Positions 28,453 to 38,413 of a stretch of 64,000 nucleotides of DNA are shown here, in pieces. The translations under genes and the position numbers were made by a program. How positions within the stretch are numbered: position 1 is the first letter of the stretch; each line of letters starts with the position of its first letter. Source of the stretch: Anaerolineae bacterium (GTDB lineage Bacteria > Chloroflexota > Anaerolineae > UBA1429); assembly GCA_040766725.1 (NCBI GenBank), contig JAXGPZ010000001.1:2947215-3011214 (forward strand), in the 5' to 3' direction. The notes under the pieces are model-generated. The model was not told where the DNA came from. It was given only the letters and a program-made list of their open reading frames with translations, and made no database searches.

Positions 28453-28483
28453 GCACCTGACTATCTTCAGGGGTGGGTCAGCG

Positions 28484-29152
28484 ATGGAACCGATCCGCAT
28501 TCTGATTGCCGATGACCATGCCGTGGTGCGCGAGGGTACGCGTCAGATCCTCGATCGCGAGGCAGACATGCGCGTGGTTGCCCAGGCCGCCGACGGCCAG
28601 GAGGCCATCGACCTGGCGGTGAAAGAGCAGCCGCGCGTGGCGGTGCTCGATATCAGCATGCCGGGCGTCAACGGCATCGAGGCGACCCGCAAGATCAAAG
28701 AGCTGTTGCCCTCTACCGCGGTGCTGGTCTTTACCGCCTATGACTATGACGAGTATGTCTTTGCCATCCTCGAAGCGGGCGCAGCAGGATACCTGCTCAA
28801 GAACTCGCGCGGGTCGGAGCTGATCGAGGCCGTGCGACGGGTGGCTGCCGGCGAGTCGGTGCTCCACCCGGCCATCGCCGCCAAGGTGCTCAACCGCGTG
28901 TCGCGACGCGAAAGCCCTGCCGAGGAGACGCCCGTCGAGTCGCTGACCGAACGTGAGCTCGAGGTGCTGCGCCTGGCAGCGCTGGGCCACTCGAACCGCG
29001 AGATCGCCGACCAGCTTTATGTCAGCCCGCGCACGGTGCAGTCTCACATGGCCAACATCTTTGGCAAGCTGAACGTGGGCTCACGCACCGAGGCGGTGAT
29101 GGTGGGGCTCAAGCGCGGCTGGATCCACCTGGGCGACCTGACCGAGGAGTAG
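28484..29152 (+). CDS. NarL/FixJ-family response regulator (REC + LuxR-type HTH)
   Basis: '[13 protein letters not shown]...[13 protein letters not shown]' receiver; C-terminal '[43 protein letters not shown]' LuxR HTH. Confidence 0.85.
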   Translation: MEPIRILIADDHAVVREGTRQILDREADMRVVAQAADGQEAIDLAVKEQPRVAVLDISMPGVNGIEATRKIKELLPSTAVLVFTAYDYDEYVFAILEAGAAGYLLKNSRGSELIEAVRRVAAGESVLHPAIAAKVLNRVSRRESPAEETPVESLTERELEVLRLAALGHSNREIADQLYVSPRTVQSHMANIFGKLNVGSRTEAVMVGLKRGWIHLGDLTEE

Positions 29153-29231
29153 GCTGCCAGCGCCACGACCTTGGAGCCGGCCCCGGCGTCGTCTATAATA
29201 GGACAATGTCCCCATACCCCGGTGGCTGTGC

Positions 29232-29936
29232 ATGAAAATCCTGGCCGTCAGCGATCAAGTGGTAGGCCAACTCACCGCCTCGGTCGTGTCCGAGCGCTTC
29301 CGCGATGTCGATGTGATCCTGAGCTGCGGCGACCTGCCCCTGGACTATATGGAGTACCTAGTCACGCGCATCGGCAAGGGCACGCTCTATTATGTGAATG
29401 GCAACCATGTGCAAAAGCAGGTGCTCCAGAGCGATGGCACCCGCAAGACCGAGGCCGAAGGTTGCACCAACCTGCACCGGCGCGTGGTCAACCACAAGGG
29501 GCTGTTGATCGGCGGGCTCGAGGGGTCGATGGAATACAATAACGGCCTGCACCAGTACAGCGAGTTGCACATGCGCGCCCTGGCCCGCACGATGGCGCCA
29601 GCGCTGCTCTACAACCGCCTGCGCTATGGGCGCGACATCGACATCATGATCAGCCATGCGCCCCCGCGCGGCATTCACGACCAGCCCGATCGCTGCCATC
29701 GTGGCTTTGGCACCTTCTTGCGCTTTATCAGGCGGCATCGCCCGCTCTACTGGCTGCACGGACACATCCACATCTACCGCCCCGATACCGTGCGCGTCAC
29801 GCGCTATCTGGATACGACGGTGATGAACGTGTTCGGGTACCAGCTCATCGAGATCGACGAGGCCGCGCTGGCGCGCCGCAGGCGACCCCGCCTGCCGAGC
29901 CGCGACACAACCTCACCTACCCAGCCCGGAGGCTAA
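29232..29936 (+). CDS. metallophosphoesterase (calcineurin-like)
   Basis: 'MKILAVSDQ', 'ILSCGDLP', 'VNGNHV', 'SHAPP' phosphoesterase motifs. Confidence 0.65.
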   Translation: MKILAVSDQVVGQLTASVVSERFRDVDVILSCGDLPLDYMEYLVTRIGKGTLYYVNGNHVQKQVLQSDGTRKTEAEGCTNLHRRVVNHKGLLIGGLEGSMEYNNGLHQYSELHMRALARTMAPALLYNRLRYGRDIDIMISHAPPRGIHDQPDRCHRGFGTFLRFIRRHRPLYWLHGHIHIYRPDTVRVTRYLDTTVMNVFGYQLIEIDEAALARRRRPRLPSRDTTSPTQPGG

Positions 29937-29937
29937 C

Positions 29938-31134
29938 ATGGACCAGAGCGAACTGCAGCGCCTTGCACAGGCCAATCGCGAGCGCATCATCGCCTTCTGT
30001 CGCGAGCTGGTGCGCACGCCCAGCCTGACCGGCGAAGAGGGTCGCCTAGCCGAGTTCGTGCTCGAGACGATGGAGGCCCTCGGCTATGACGAGGCGCTCA
30101 TCGACTCGGCCGGCAACGTCATCGGCCACATCCGCGGGGGATCGGGGCGCTCGACGCTGCTGCACGCCCACCTCGACATCGTCGACCCGGGCGATCCACG
30201 CCGCTGGACCGACGGCCCCTACAGCGGCGCGCTGCGCGACGGCTACATCTGGGGGCGCGGCGCCTCAGACGACAAGGGCTGCCTGGCCGCCCAGGTGTTT
30301 GCAGCCGCGCTCCTCAAAGAGGCTGGGCTGGCGCCTGCTGGCGACGTGTATGTGGCGGCGGTGGTCGGAGAAGAGATCGGCGGGCTGGGCTCGCGCTACC
30401 TGGCGGGCTCGTTCCACCCCGATCTGGCCATCATCGGCGAGCCCTCGGCCAACACGCTGCGGCGCGGACATCGCGGGCGCTGCGAGTTCATCGTCACGCT
30501 GCAGGGCCGCTCGGCCCACGCTTCGGTGCCGGCGCAGGCCATCAACCCGCATTACGACCTGGCAAGACTGGTGCTGGCCCTGCGCGAACTCGACATGCAC
30601 CATGAGCCGGTGACGGGCGGCTCTACCGTGGCGCCCACCCTGCTGCGCTCTGACCAGCGCAGCGCCAACGTCATCCCCGGCCAGCTGACGCTGCATCTCG
30701 ACTGGCGCAACGCACCTGGCGAGTCTCCCGAGGATGCCATGGAGCGCCTGCAGGCGCTGCTGGACGACACGCTCGGCGGTGAGACCATCTATAGCCTGTC
30801 GGTGCGCACCGACCATGTGGTCAGCTACACTGGCTATGAGCAGGATGTGCGCCAGGCTGTGGCCCCCTTCTGGATGGAAGAGGATGATCCTTTGTTGCTC
30901 GCTGCGCGCGCGCAGCTCCAGCAGGCGCTGGGCCGCGAGGTGGGCGTGGATGTGTGGCAGTTCTACACCGACGGCGGCTTTTTGTACGGGGCAGGCGTGC
31001 CCTGCATCGGCTTTGGCCCCGGAGATCCGCGCATGGCGCACGTGTTCGACGAGCGCCTGGCGGTGGACGAGCTGATCGAGGGTGTGGTGGGCTACATGGC
31101 GTTGGCCATGCATATGGGGGCTGTCGGGGGCTGA
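29938..31134 (+). CDS. M20-family metallopeptidase (ArgE/DapE/YgeY-like)
   Basis: 'LLHAHLDIVDPGD', 'WGRGASDDKG', 'VVGEEIGGLG' M20 metal-binding motifs. Confidence 0.75.
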   Translation: MDQSELQRLAQANRERIIAFCRELVRTPSLTGEEGRLAEFVLETMEALGYDEALIDSAGNVIGHIRGGSGRSTLLHAHLDIVDPGDPRRWTDGPYSGALRDGYIWGRGASDDKGCLAAQVFAAALLKEAGLAPAGDVYVAAVVGEEIGGLGSRYLAGSFHPDLAIIGEPSANTLRRGHRGRCEFIVTLQGRSAHASVPAQAINPHYDLARLVLALRELDMHHEPVTGGSTVAPTLLRSDQRSANVIPGQLTLHLDWRNAPGESPEDAMERLQALLDDTLGGETIYSLSVRTDHVVSYTGYEQDVRQAVAPFWMEEDDPLLLAARAQLQQALGREVGVDVWQFYTDGGFLYGAGVPCIGFGPGDPRMAHVFDERLAVDELIEGVVGYMALAMHMGAVGG

Positions 31135-31156
31135 GCCTCCCCCGTGGAGGTGGGCG

Positions 31157-31915
31157 GTGTCGAGCAGGCGCCGGTCTATCCGTCGCGGTCTCATCATCGG
31201 CTCATTGCTGCTGTTTCCGGTCACCTTTTACTACTTTTCGCCCTATGTGATCATCGCCGGCGCGCTGGCGGGCGTGGCTGCGGGCAGCATGCTGCTGTTC
31301 GCGCTGCAGTTCCTCAGTGGGATGGTGCTGGGGCGAGCATTCTGTGGCTGGGCGTGCCCGGCCGGCGGCCTGGCAGAGTGTCTGGTCCTCGCCCAGGCCA
31401 AGCCAGCCCGCGGGCGGCGCGCCAATTGGATCAGGCACGGACTCTGGGCCGTCTGGCTGGCCGCCGTAGCGTTGGCCCTCGTGGCGGGGGGCGGCCTGCG
31501 GGCGGTCGAGCCTTTCTTTATGACCGAGCGCGGCGTCTCGTTGGCCGCGCCCGAGGCGTATATCGTCTACTACCTCGTCATCGGCCTGATCGTCACGTTG
31601 TCGCTGGTGGCCGGTCGGCGTGCCTTTTGCCACTATGTGTGCTGGATGGCGCCCTTTATGATCCTGGGCACGCGGCTGGGCCGGGCGTTGCGCGCGCCGA
31701 TGCTCCACCTGGCCGCCGACGCCATGCGCTGCAGCGACTGCCAGCGCTGCAACGGCGCCTGCTCGATGAGCCTGGACGTTCACAGCATGGTGCGCGCCGG
31801 CAAGCTCTACGATGACGAGTGCATCCTCTGCGGCGCCTGCGCCGATGTTTGCCCCAACGGCGTGCTGCGCCTGGCCATGCGTCGGCCCCCCAGGCGGGCC
31901 CAAGGCGCGGGCTGA
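31157..31915 (+). CDS. membrane-bound 4Fe-4S binding protein (NapH/MauN-like ferredoxin-type)
   Basis: TM helices, 'AFCGWACPAGG' and 'RAFCHYVCWMAP' motifs, and a C-terminal 'CSDCQRCNGAC ... CILCGACADVCPNG' dicluster. Start set at GTG 31157 (GGAGG RBS 31146-31150); the listed ATG 31082 lies inside the upstream gene. Confidence 0.6.
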   Translation: MSSRRRSIRRGLIIGSLLLFPVTFYYFSPYVIIAGALAGVAAGSMLLFALQFLSGMVLGRAFCGWACPAGGLAECLVLAQAKPARGRRANWIRHGLWAVWLAAVALALVAGGGLRAVEPFFMTERGVSLAAPEAYIVYYLVIGLIVTLSLVAGRRAFCHYVCWMAPFMILGTRLGRALRAPMLHLAADAMRCSDCQRCNGACSMSLDVHSMVRAGKLYDDECILCGACADVCPNGVLRLAMRRPPRRAQGAG

Positions 31916-32069
31916 TCCACGGTCACGGGCGGGTCGCTGGCTTGGCTGCCCATCTACATCCTCGGCGCAGCCCTGACCGCTGGTAGGCGCGACGGCCCCG
32001 ACTTGCGCCCTTTTCATACGCTTCTATAATCACCCGGCTTTTGTCCACTGCCGCACCACGAGCGAACCA

Positions 32070-33053
32070 ATGCCACAGATCATCGTCCAGGACCTCTGCA
32101 AGACCTTTAGCGTCGCCGAACGCGACCCGGGCGCCTGGGGCGCCGTCAAGGGCCTGGTTCGGCGACGCTATCGCCATGTGCCGGCACTGGACCACATCTC
32201 TTTCACCATCGAGACGGGCGAGCTGGTGGGCTATATCGGCCCCAACGGCGCCGGCAAGTCCACCACCGTCAAGGTGCTGGCGGGCATCTTGGTGCCCGAT
32301 AGCGGCACCTGCCAGGTGATGGGGCGCACGCCCTGGAAGCAGCGCGTGGCCCACGTGGCGCACATCGGCGTCGTCTTTGGGCAACGCACGCAGCTCTGGT
32401 GGGATCTGCCGGTGATCGAGTCGTTCGAGCTGCTGCGCGAGATCTACCGCATCCCCCCTGCTGTCTATCGCGCCAACGTGGACGAGATGGTGGCGCTCTT
32501 GGGGCTGAGCGAGCTGCTCGATACACCGGTGCGGCAGCTCAGCCTGGGCCAGCGCATGCGCTGCGACCTGGCCGCCGCACTGCTGCACAGCCCTGCGCTG
32601 CTCTACCTCGACGAGCCCACCATCGGCCTCGACGCCGTCTCCAAGCTCGCCGTGCGCCAGTTCATCAAGCGGCTCAACAAAGAGCGAGACATCACCGTCC
32701 TGCTCACCACCCACGACATGGACGACGTCGAGGCGCTCTGCCGGCGCATCCTGCTCATCAACAAGGGCAAGATACTGCTGGACGGCACCGTGGCCGACCT
32801 GCGGGCGCAAGTCTCTCGTCTGCGCAGGCTGGTGGTGGTGCTCCGCGAGGAAAAGGACTGGATCGAAACCGACAAGGCGCGCGTCATCGGGCGCCAGGGC
32901 CCGCAGGTGACGCTGGAGTTCGACCCCGAGCGCATCTCGGCGCCGGACTTGATTCATCACCTCACCAGCGCCTATGGCGTGCGTGACCTTTACGTCGAGA
33001 ACCTGCCCATCGAGGAGATCGTGGCCGAGGTCTACCAGGGGGCAGGGCTGTGA
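32070..33053 (+). CDS. ABC-2 type exporter ATP-binding protein
   Basis: Walker A 'GPNGAGKST', signature 'LSLGQRMR', Walker B 'LLYLDEPTIGLD'. Confidence 0.8.
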   Translation: MPQIIVQDLCKTFSVAERDPGAWGAVKGLVRRRYRHVPALDHISFTIETGELVGYIGPNGAGKSTTVKVLAGILVPDSGTCQVMGRTPWKQRVAHVAHIGVVFGQRTQLWWDLPVIESFELLREIYRIPPAVYRANVDEMVALLGLSELLDTPVRQLSLGQRMRCDLAAALLHSPALLYLDEPTIGLDAVSKLAVRQFIKRLNKERDITVLLTTHDMDDVEALCRRILLINKGKILLDGTVADLRAQVSRLRRLVVVLREEKDWIETDKARVIGRQGPQVTLEFDPERISAPDLIHHLTSAYGVRDLYVENLPIEEIVAEVYQGAGL

Positions 33054-33868
33054 GCGCCCTGGCCACGGCCAAGGGCTGGCGAGCCTACCGTGCCGTCATG
33101 TCGGCGCGTCTGCGCGAGATGCTCCAGTATCGCACCGCGGCGGTGGCCGGCATGGTGACGCAGGTGTTCTGGGGGTTGATCCGCCTGATGATCTTTCAGG
33201 CGTTCTACCGCTCTTCGACGACGGCCCAGCCGATGAGCCTGCCCGAGACGGTGGACTATCTCTGGCTGGTGCAGGCGCTGCTGCTGCTGACCCCCTGGCG
33301 CATCGACATCGAGCTTCAGAACATGATCCGTTCAGGCAACGTGGCCTATGAGCTGGCCAAGCCGGCGGACCTGTATGGCCTGTGGTTCGCACGCATCCTG
33401 GGCGGGCGGGCCGCGCCGATGCTGTTGCGGTTGCCGCTGATCTATGGCCTGGCGGCGCTCTTTTTTGGGCTGCGTCTGCCGCCCAGCCTGGCCGCTGCGG
33501 GCGCGTTTGTGCTCTCGGTGCTGGCGGCCTTTCTGCTGAGCGCAGCCATCAGCGCACTGATGACCATCTCGCTGATGTGGACGTTGGCGGGCGATGGCCT
33601 TTCGCGCCTGACGGCCACCGTGGCCACCGTGCTCTCGGGCAGCATCATCCCCCTGCCGCTCTTTCCCGACAGCATGCAGCCTGTGCTGAACATATTGCCG
33701 TTTCGCGGCCTGATGGACATCCCCTTTCGGCTCTACAGTGGCAACATTCCGCTGGCGGCCTTTCCTCGCGAGCTGGCCTTTCAGCTCGGCTGGGCGCTGG
33801 CCCTGATGGTGCTGGGGCGTGCGCTGCTGGGGCGCGGGCTGCGGCGCCTGGTGCTGCAGGGGGGCTAG
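33050..33868 (+). CDS. ABC-2 family transporter permease
   Basis: 6-TM hydrophobic protein directly coupled (ATGA-type overlap) to ATPase. Confidence 0.6.
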   Translation: MSALATAKGWRAYRAVMSARLREMLQYRTAAVAGMVTQVFWGLIRLMIFQAFYRSSTTAQPMSLPETVDYLWLVQALLLLTPWRIDIELQNMIRSGNVAYELAKPADLYGLWFARILGGRAAPMLLRLPLIYGLAALFFGLRLPPSLAAAGAFVLSVLAAFLLSAAISALMTISLMWTLAGDGLSRLTATVATVLSGSIIPLPLFPDSMQPVLNILPFRGLMDIPFRLYSGNIPLAAFPRELAFQLGWALALMVLGRALLGRGLRRLVLQGG

Positions 33869-33869
33869 C

Positions 33870-34673
33870 ATGGGCAGCACGTTGCGGCTCTACTGGGCCT
33901 ACACGCGGGCCTCGATTCGCGGCCAGATGGCCTATCGGGCCTCGTTCATCATGCTGACGCTGGGCAACTTTGTGGCCACCGGCATCGAGTTTGTGGCGCT
34001 GTGGGCCCTCTTTGGGCGTTTTGGGCAGATCGCCGGCTGGACGCTGCCCGAGGTGGCGCTCTTTTACGGGCTGGGCAATGTCGCCTTTGCCATCGCCGAG
34101 GGCGTCGGCCGCGGCTTTGACACCTTTGCTGCTCTCGTCAAGCGGGGCGACTTTGACCGCATCCTGTTGCGGCCGCGTAGCACCCTGCTGCAGATCGGCG
34201 CCAGCGAGTTCCAGATCATGCGCATCGGCCGACTGAGCCAGGGGCTGGCCGCGCTCATTTGGGGCGCCGCCGCGCTCAACCTGGTGTGGGCGTCCTGGCG
34301 CATCGCTCTGCTGCTCTGGACGCTGCTGTGCGGCGCCGCGCTGTTCACCGGCCTGTTCGTGCTGCAGGCCACCAGCGCCTTTTGGACCACCGAGTCGCTC
34401 GAGGTGTGGAACACCCTCACCTACGGCGGCGTGCAGACCGCCCAGTTCCCGCTGACACTGTATGAGGATTGGTTCCGCAAGTTCTTTACCTACGCGGTGC
34501 CCCTGGCCGCCATCACCTATTTCCCAGCGGTGGCCATCCTGGCCAAGGACGATCCGCTGGGCACGTCGCGACTGTTTCAGGCCATCGTGCCGGCGGCAGG
34601 GTTGGCATTTCTGGCAGGGGCAACGCTCTTTTGGCAGGTGGGCGTGCGGCACTATCATTCCACCGGAAGCTGA
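33870..34673 (+). CDS. ABC-2 family transporter permease (second subunit)
   Basis: 6-TM protein; ATG 33870 two nt after upstream TAG. Confidence 0.6.
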   Translation: MGSTLRLYWAYTRASIRGQMAYRASFIMLTLGNFVATGIEFVALWALFGRFGQIAGWTLPEVALFYGLGNVAFAIAEGVGRGFDTFAALVKRGDFDRILLRPRSTLLQIGASEFQIMRIGRLSQGLAALIWGAAALNLVWASWRIALLLWTLLCGAALFTGLFVLQATSAFWTTESLEVWNTLTYGGVQTAQFPLTLYEDWFRKFFTYAVPLAAITYFPAVAILAKDDPLGTSRLFQAIVPAAGLAFLAGATLFWQVGVRHYHSTGS

Positions 34674-34747
34674 GCCTGCCGCGCCGGTGACGGCCCTCTG
34701 TCTGCCCGCCCGGCACAGGCGGGTCGCGACTCGAAAGGGAGCAAGCC

Positions 34748-36337
34748 ATGTCCACTCTTGACGTGCGTGGCCCCCTCACAGCAGCAGAATGCCTGGCCTT
34801 GGCTCGGGCGTTAGGCGAGCGTTCGGAGTTCACCATCGCGCGGCACCACCTGTTGCGCGGTTCGTGCACGGCCTATTGCGTGGGCAACCCGGATGGCCCC
34901 GTGGCCGCATTGGTGCAGCCGTATGACGCCGTCATCGAGCCGACCGGCATCGGCAGCGACGCCGGGGCCTTGCACACGCTGTTGCGGGCGGCGCAGGGTT
35001 GGGCCTGCGTCGAGGTGGAACGCGATGTAGCCGAGGCGCTCGCAGATCTGCTCTCTGCTCAGACGGGGCAACCCTGCCGCCTGTATGGCGGCGTCTACTA
35101 TACCCTGACCAGGCCCGCCAACGTGTTCGAGCACCCCGACGTGCGGCTGTTGACGCCCGACGATCTGCCCCTGCTGACGGCGGCGCCCGATGACCTGCAG
35201 GGCACCGGCTTTGGCGACCCCGAAAGACTGTTGCGCCAGGGGGCGCTGGCCGCAGCCATCGTTGCCGGCGAGATTGTCGCGACCGCCTTTACCGTCGCCA
35301 TCACCGCGCAGTATGCCGAGATCGGCGTCGAGACGCTGGAGGGCCACCGCGAGCGAGGCTATGCGAGCGCCGCCGCTGCGCTGGTGGCCCGGTGGATCCA
35401 GGCGCGCGGCCTGACGCCCAGCTGGAGCACCGGCGAGGATAACTGGGCCTCGCAGCGCGTGGCTGAGAAGCTGGGCTTTGTACGCTGCCTGGAGCGCACC
35501 TACGTCATCCCGCGCCGCGAGACCGCGAGCCAGGCCGAGGCGCTCGCCGAGGTGGCCGACTGGGCGCTGCCCACTGACGACCGACCATTGCTCGACCGTG
35601 TTGAGGCCATGGTCGAGCCCGCGCTTTGGCGCGGCCTGTTCGGCGAGAGCGCCACGTTACAGGTGGCCGGGCTGCAGTATCACCTCTGCGGCGTCGGCGA
35701 CACCCGCGAGCTGGCACAGTTGGCCGCCATCGGCCCCGATGATCACGTGCTCGATGTGGCCTGCTTTCTGGGCGGGCCGGCGATGCAGCTCGCCCTCGAG
35801 CGCAGGTGCCACGTCACTGGCGTCGACATCTCGCCCGTAGCCATCGCCGGCGCACGGCGCATCGCCGCCCTGGGCGGCCTGACGGAGCATCTCGACTATG
35901 TCGTGGCCGATGCGGCGGCGCTGCCATTCGACGAAGCAAGCTTTGACGTGGTGTGGAACCAGGCCTCGCTCTCTCACGAGGACGCCTGGCTCGATGAGAT
36001 GGCCCGCGTGCTCAAGCCCGGAGGCCGCCTGGCCATCACCTTTGAGGCTCGGCCGGGCGCGGCCCAGGCGGGCTCGCCCCGCTGGTCCATCGCCGAGATG
36101 GCCGCCCAGTGGCAGCGGCGCGGGCTGCGCATCGTGCACTGCGCTGACCTGACGGAGCGCGAGATCGCCCACGGCTGGGGCGGCCTGCTGGCCCGGCTCG
36201 ACGCACGCGAAGAAGATTACGCCGCGGTGCGCGGCCATGCCTGGGTTTCGGCCGCGCGCGCCGAGTTTGCCGACGAGATCGTCGCCATGCAGGCCGGCCG
36301 CTGGACCAACGCCCGTCTGCTCGCCATCAAGGAATGA
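34748..36337 (+). CDS. fusion protein: N-terminal GNAT-like acyltransferase-fold region(s) + C-terminal class I SAM-dependent methyltransferase
   Basis: C-terminal 'VLDVACFLGGPAMQLA...VTGVDISP...LKPGGRL' MTase motifs I/post-I/III; N-terminal ~300 aa with tandem GNAT-like segments. Confidence 0.55.
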   Translation: MSTLDVRGPLTAAECLALARALGERSEFTIARHHLLRGSCTAYCVGNPDGPVAALVQPYDAVIEPTGIGSDAGALHTLLRAAQGWACVEVERDVAEALADLLSAQTGQPCRLYGGVYYTLTRPANVFEHPDVRLLTPDDLPLLTAAPDDLQGTGFGDPERLLRQGALAAAIVAGEIVATAFTVAITAQYAEIGVETLEGHRERGYASAAAALVARWIQARGLTPSWSTGEDNWASQRVAEKLGFVRCLERTYVIPRRETASQAEALAEVADWALPTDDRPLLDRVEAMVEPALWRGLFGESATLQVAGLQYHLCGVGDTRELAQLAAIGPDDHVLDVACFLGGPAMQLALERRCHVTGVDISPVAIAGARRIAALGGLTEHLDYVVADAAALPFDEASFDVVWNQASLSHEDAWLDEMARVLKPGGRLAITFEARPGAAQAGSPRWSIAEMAAQWQRRGLRIVHCADLTEREIAHGWGGLLARLDAREEDYAAVRGHAWVSAARAEFADEIVAMQAGRWTNARLLAIKE

Positions 36338-37104
36338 GCATGTACACCTACGAGCAGTTGCGCGCCATCGCCGCAGGGGTGCAGGCGCGTCACGGCTGGG
36401 ATTACGGCGTGGTGTGTGACGATCGCGCCCCCGTGCCGTGGGACTATGAAGCCTACACGGCCGCCCTGTTGCACCCCGGGCAGCGCGTGCTGGATATCGG
36501 CATGGGCGGCGCCGAAAAGTTGCTGCGGCTGGCAGCGTCGCCGCGCTTCAGCTGGGGCCTGGGCATCGACCCTGCCCCCGAGATGGTGGCCGACGCCTGC
36601 GAGAACCGTGCCGCCAGCGCAGCAGCAGATCGCGTGTGGCTGGCCCAGATGCCCGCCGAGGCGCTAGCGCTGGCCGATGGCGTGTTTGATCTGGTGCTCT
36701 GCCGCCACGCCAACCTGGACGTGGACGAGGCGCTGCGGGTGCTGGCCACTGGCGGCCAGTTGGTGACGCAGCAGGTGGGGGCACGCAACCTGCAGAACAT
36801 CTGCCAGGCCTTTGGCTGTGGCCCAGGCGGGGAGTATGTCTGGGATGAGCTCGATGTCTACGCCCTGGCCGACCGCTTTCGGGCGCGCGGCTGCCGGGTG
36901 CTGGTGGCAGCCGAGTACGATGTGCCCTACCGCCTGCTCGACGTCTCCTCGCTGCTCTTTTTGCTCCAGGGCGTGGGCATCCCCGAGGACTATGATCTAG
37001 AGCGACACTGGCCCGTGGTGGCCGCGATCATCGCCGAACACAGCGACGCGCGGGGCATCGTCAGCAATGAACACCGCGAGCTGCTCCACATCGTCAAGCC
37101 CTAG
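36334..37104 (+). CDS. class I SAM-dependent methyltransferase
   Basis: 'VLDIGMGGAEKLLRLA' motif I, 'LATGGQLV' ; ATGA overlap with upstream gene. Confidence 0.65.
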   Translation: MSMYTYEQLRAIAAGVQARHGWDYGVVCDDRAPVPWDYEAYTAALLHPGQRVLDIGMGGAEKLLRLAASPRFSWGLGIDPAPEMVADACENRAASAAADRVWLAQMPAEALALADGVFDLVLCRHANLDVDEALRVLATGGQLVTQQVGARNLQNICQAFGCGPGGEYVWDELDVYALADRFRARGCRVLVAAEYDVPYRLLDVSSLLFLLQGVGIPEDYDLERHWPVVAAIIAEHSDARGIVSNEHRELLHIVKP

Positions 37105-37125
37105 TGGCGTGGCCGACAAGGACGC

Positions 37126-38283
37126 TTACTCGGCAGCCGTCGCAGCCGGCGCATGGGGCGTGCGCACGCGCCGCATGGTAAAGGCGAAAAAGGCGAGCGA
37201 CAGCATCACCAGGCCCGCGTCGATGGTGTACATCATCGTGCCGCCCAGAGCCTGAAAGAGCATCCCGCCCACCAGGGCGGCCACCGCCGAGCCGACGCCC
37301 ATCGACACCGACCCAAAGATGCCCTGCGCCGTAGCGCCCATGCCTTCGGGCGCCATCGCGGCCACCAGACTGATGCTCGCCACCCACATGGCCGAGAAGG
37401 ATGGGCCATGCAGCAGTTGGATGACGAGGATGAGCCAGGGCGTGCGCATCCAGCCCACCGCCACCAGCATGATCGCCGTCGAGATCATGCTCACCAGCAA
37501 CAGGCGCCTGGGCCCCATGTGCACGAGCAGCCGGTCAGACCAAAAGTAGATGGGCAGCTCGCTCAGCGAGGCCACGGCCAGCGAAAAGCCCATCAAGCTC
37601 TGAGGCACACCGATGGCGTCGAGGTGCAGAAAGAGAAAGCCGTCGAGCGTCGAGCGCCCGGCGGTAAAGAGGAACATGGTCGTCAGAAAGAGCAGCCAAC
37701 CGCGATTGCGCGCCAGTTGGCGAAAGCCGCTCCAGTACGAGGTCCTCAGCCGGGCCGCCTGAATGGGCATGGCGGCCGCCAGCAGCAGGCCGACGCCCAG
37801 CAGCAACCAGTAGCCGTAGAACGCCCAACCCAGTGAGTAGCGCTCGACCAGCACACCCACCAGCGGCCCCATGATGCCCCAGCCCACGGCGCCCCATAGG
37901 CGCAGGCGTCCATAGCGTGCGCGTTCGCCCTTGAGCATGGCCACCACCGAGCTGTCGACCAGCGACATCACCGGCGCGGCAAAGACGGCATACAGCATCA
38001 CCACCGGCACCAGCGCCCAAAAGCTGCGCGCCAGATACATCAAGCCGGCCATCGAGAGGGTGCCGCTCATCGCCAGCACCAGCAGGCGCTTGTGCTGATG
38101 GGTCGCGTCGGCCAGGCCGGCCCACACTGGCGCCACCAGCAGGGTAAAGAGCGAGGGGATGGCCCTCAGCAAGCCGATCTGTTCACCGCCCAGGCCGAGG
38201 CTCTGATAGTACAGGGCCAGAAAGGGCGAAAGCGAGGCCCCTGCTCCAAAGAAGGCAAAGTAGAATCCTTTGGACAGGGTCAT
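37126..38283 (-). CDS. MFS transporter
   Basis: 12-TM profile starting 'MTLSKGFYFAFFGAGASLSPFLALYY'; listed ORF is 5'-extended through the neighbouring gene in another frame. Confidence 0.7.
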   Translation of the reverse strand: MTLSKGFYFAFFGAGASLSPFLALYYQSLGLGGEQIGLLRAIPSLFTLLVAPVWAGLADATHQHKRLLVLAMSGTLSMAGLMYLARSFWALVPVVMLYAVFAAPVMSLVDSSVVAMLKGERARYGRLRLWGAVGWGIMGPLVGVLVERYSLGWAFYGYWLLLGVGLLLAAAMPIQAARLRTSYWSGFRQLARNRGWLLFLTTMFLFTAGRSTLDGFLFLHLDAIGVPQSLMGFSLAVASLSELPIYFWSDRLLVHMGPRRLLLVSMISTAIMLVAVGWMRTPWLILVIQLLHGPSFSAMWVASISLVAAMAPEGMGATAQGIFGSVSMGVGSAVAALVGGMLFQALGGTMMYTIDAGLVMLSLAFFAFTMRRVRTPHAPAATAAE

Positions 38284-38413
38284 CCATCGAGCGCTGTTCT
38301 TCACGTCGGCAACCGCCCCCCACGCAGAGTCGTTCAGGGCGAGAGTATACCGCAGCGGCTTCGCCCGACCGAAACAGCGTCGCCGGCGTGTGGCGGCCCT
38401 TCGAGCGCGCGGG

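Noticed and set aside
31082-31156. ATG 31082 as the start of the NapH-like protein
   Set aside because: It lies inside the M20 peptidase gene and encodes a Trp/Arg-rich non-membrane leader. GTG 31157 with a GGAGG RBS just after the M20 stop is more plausible.
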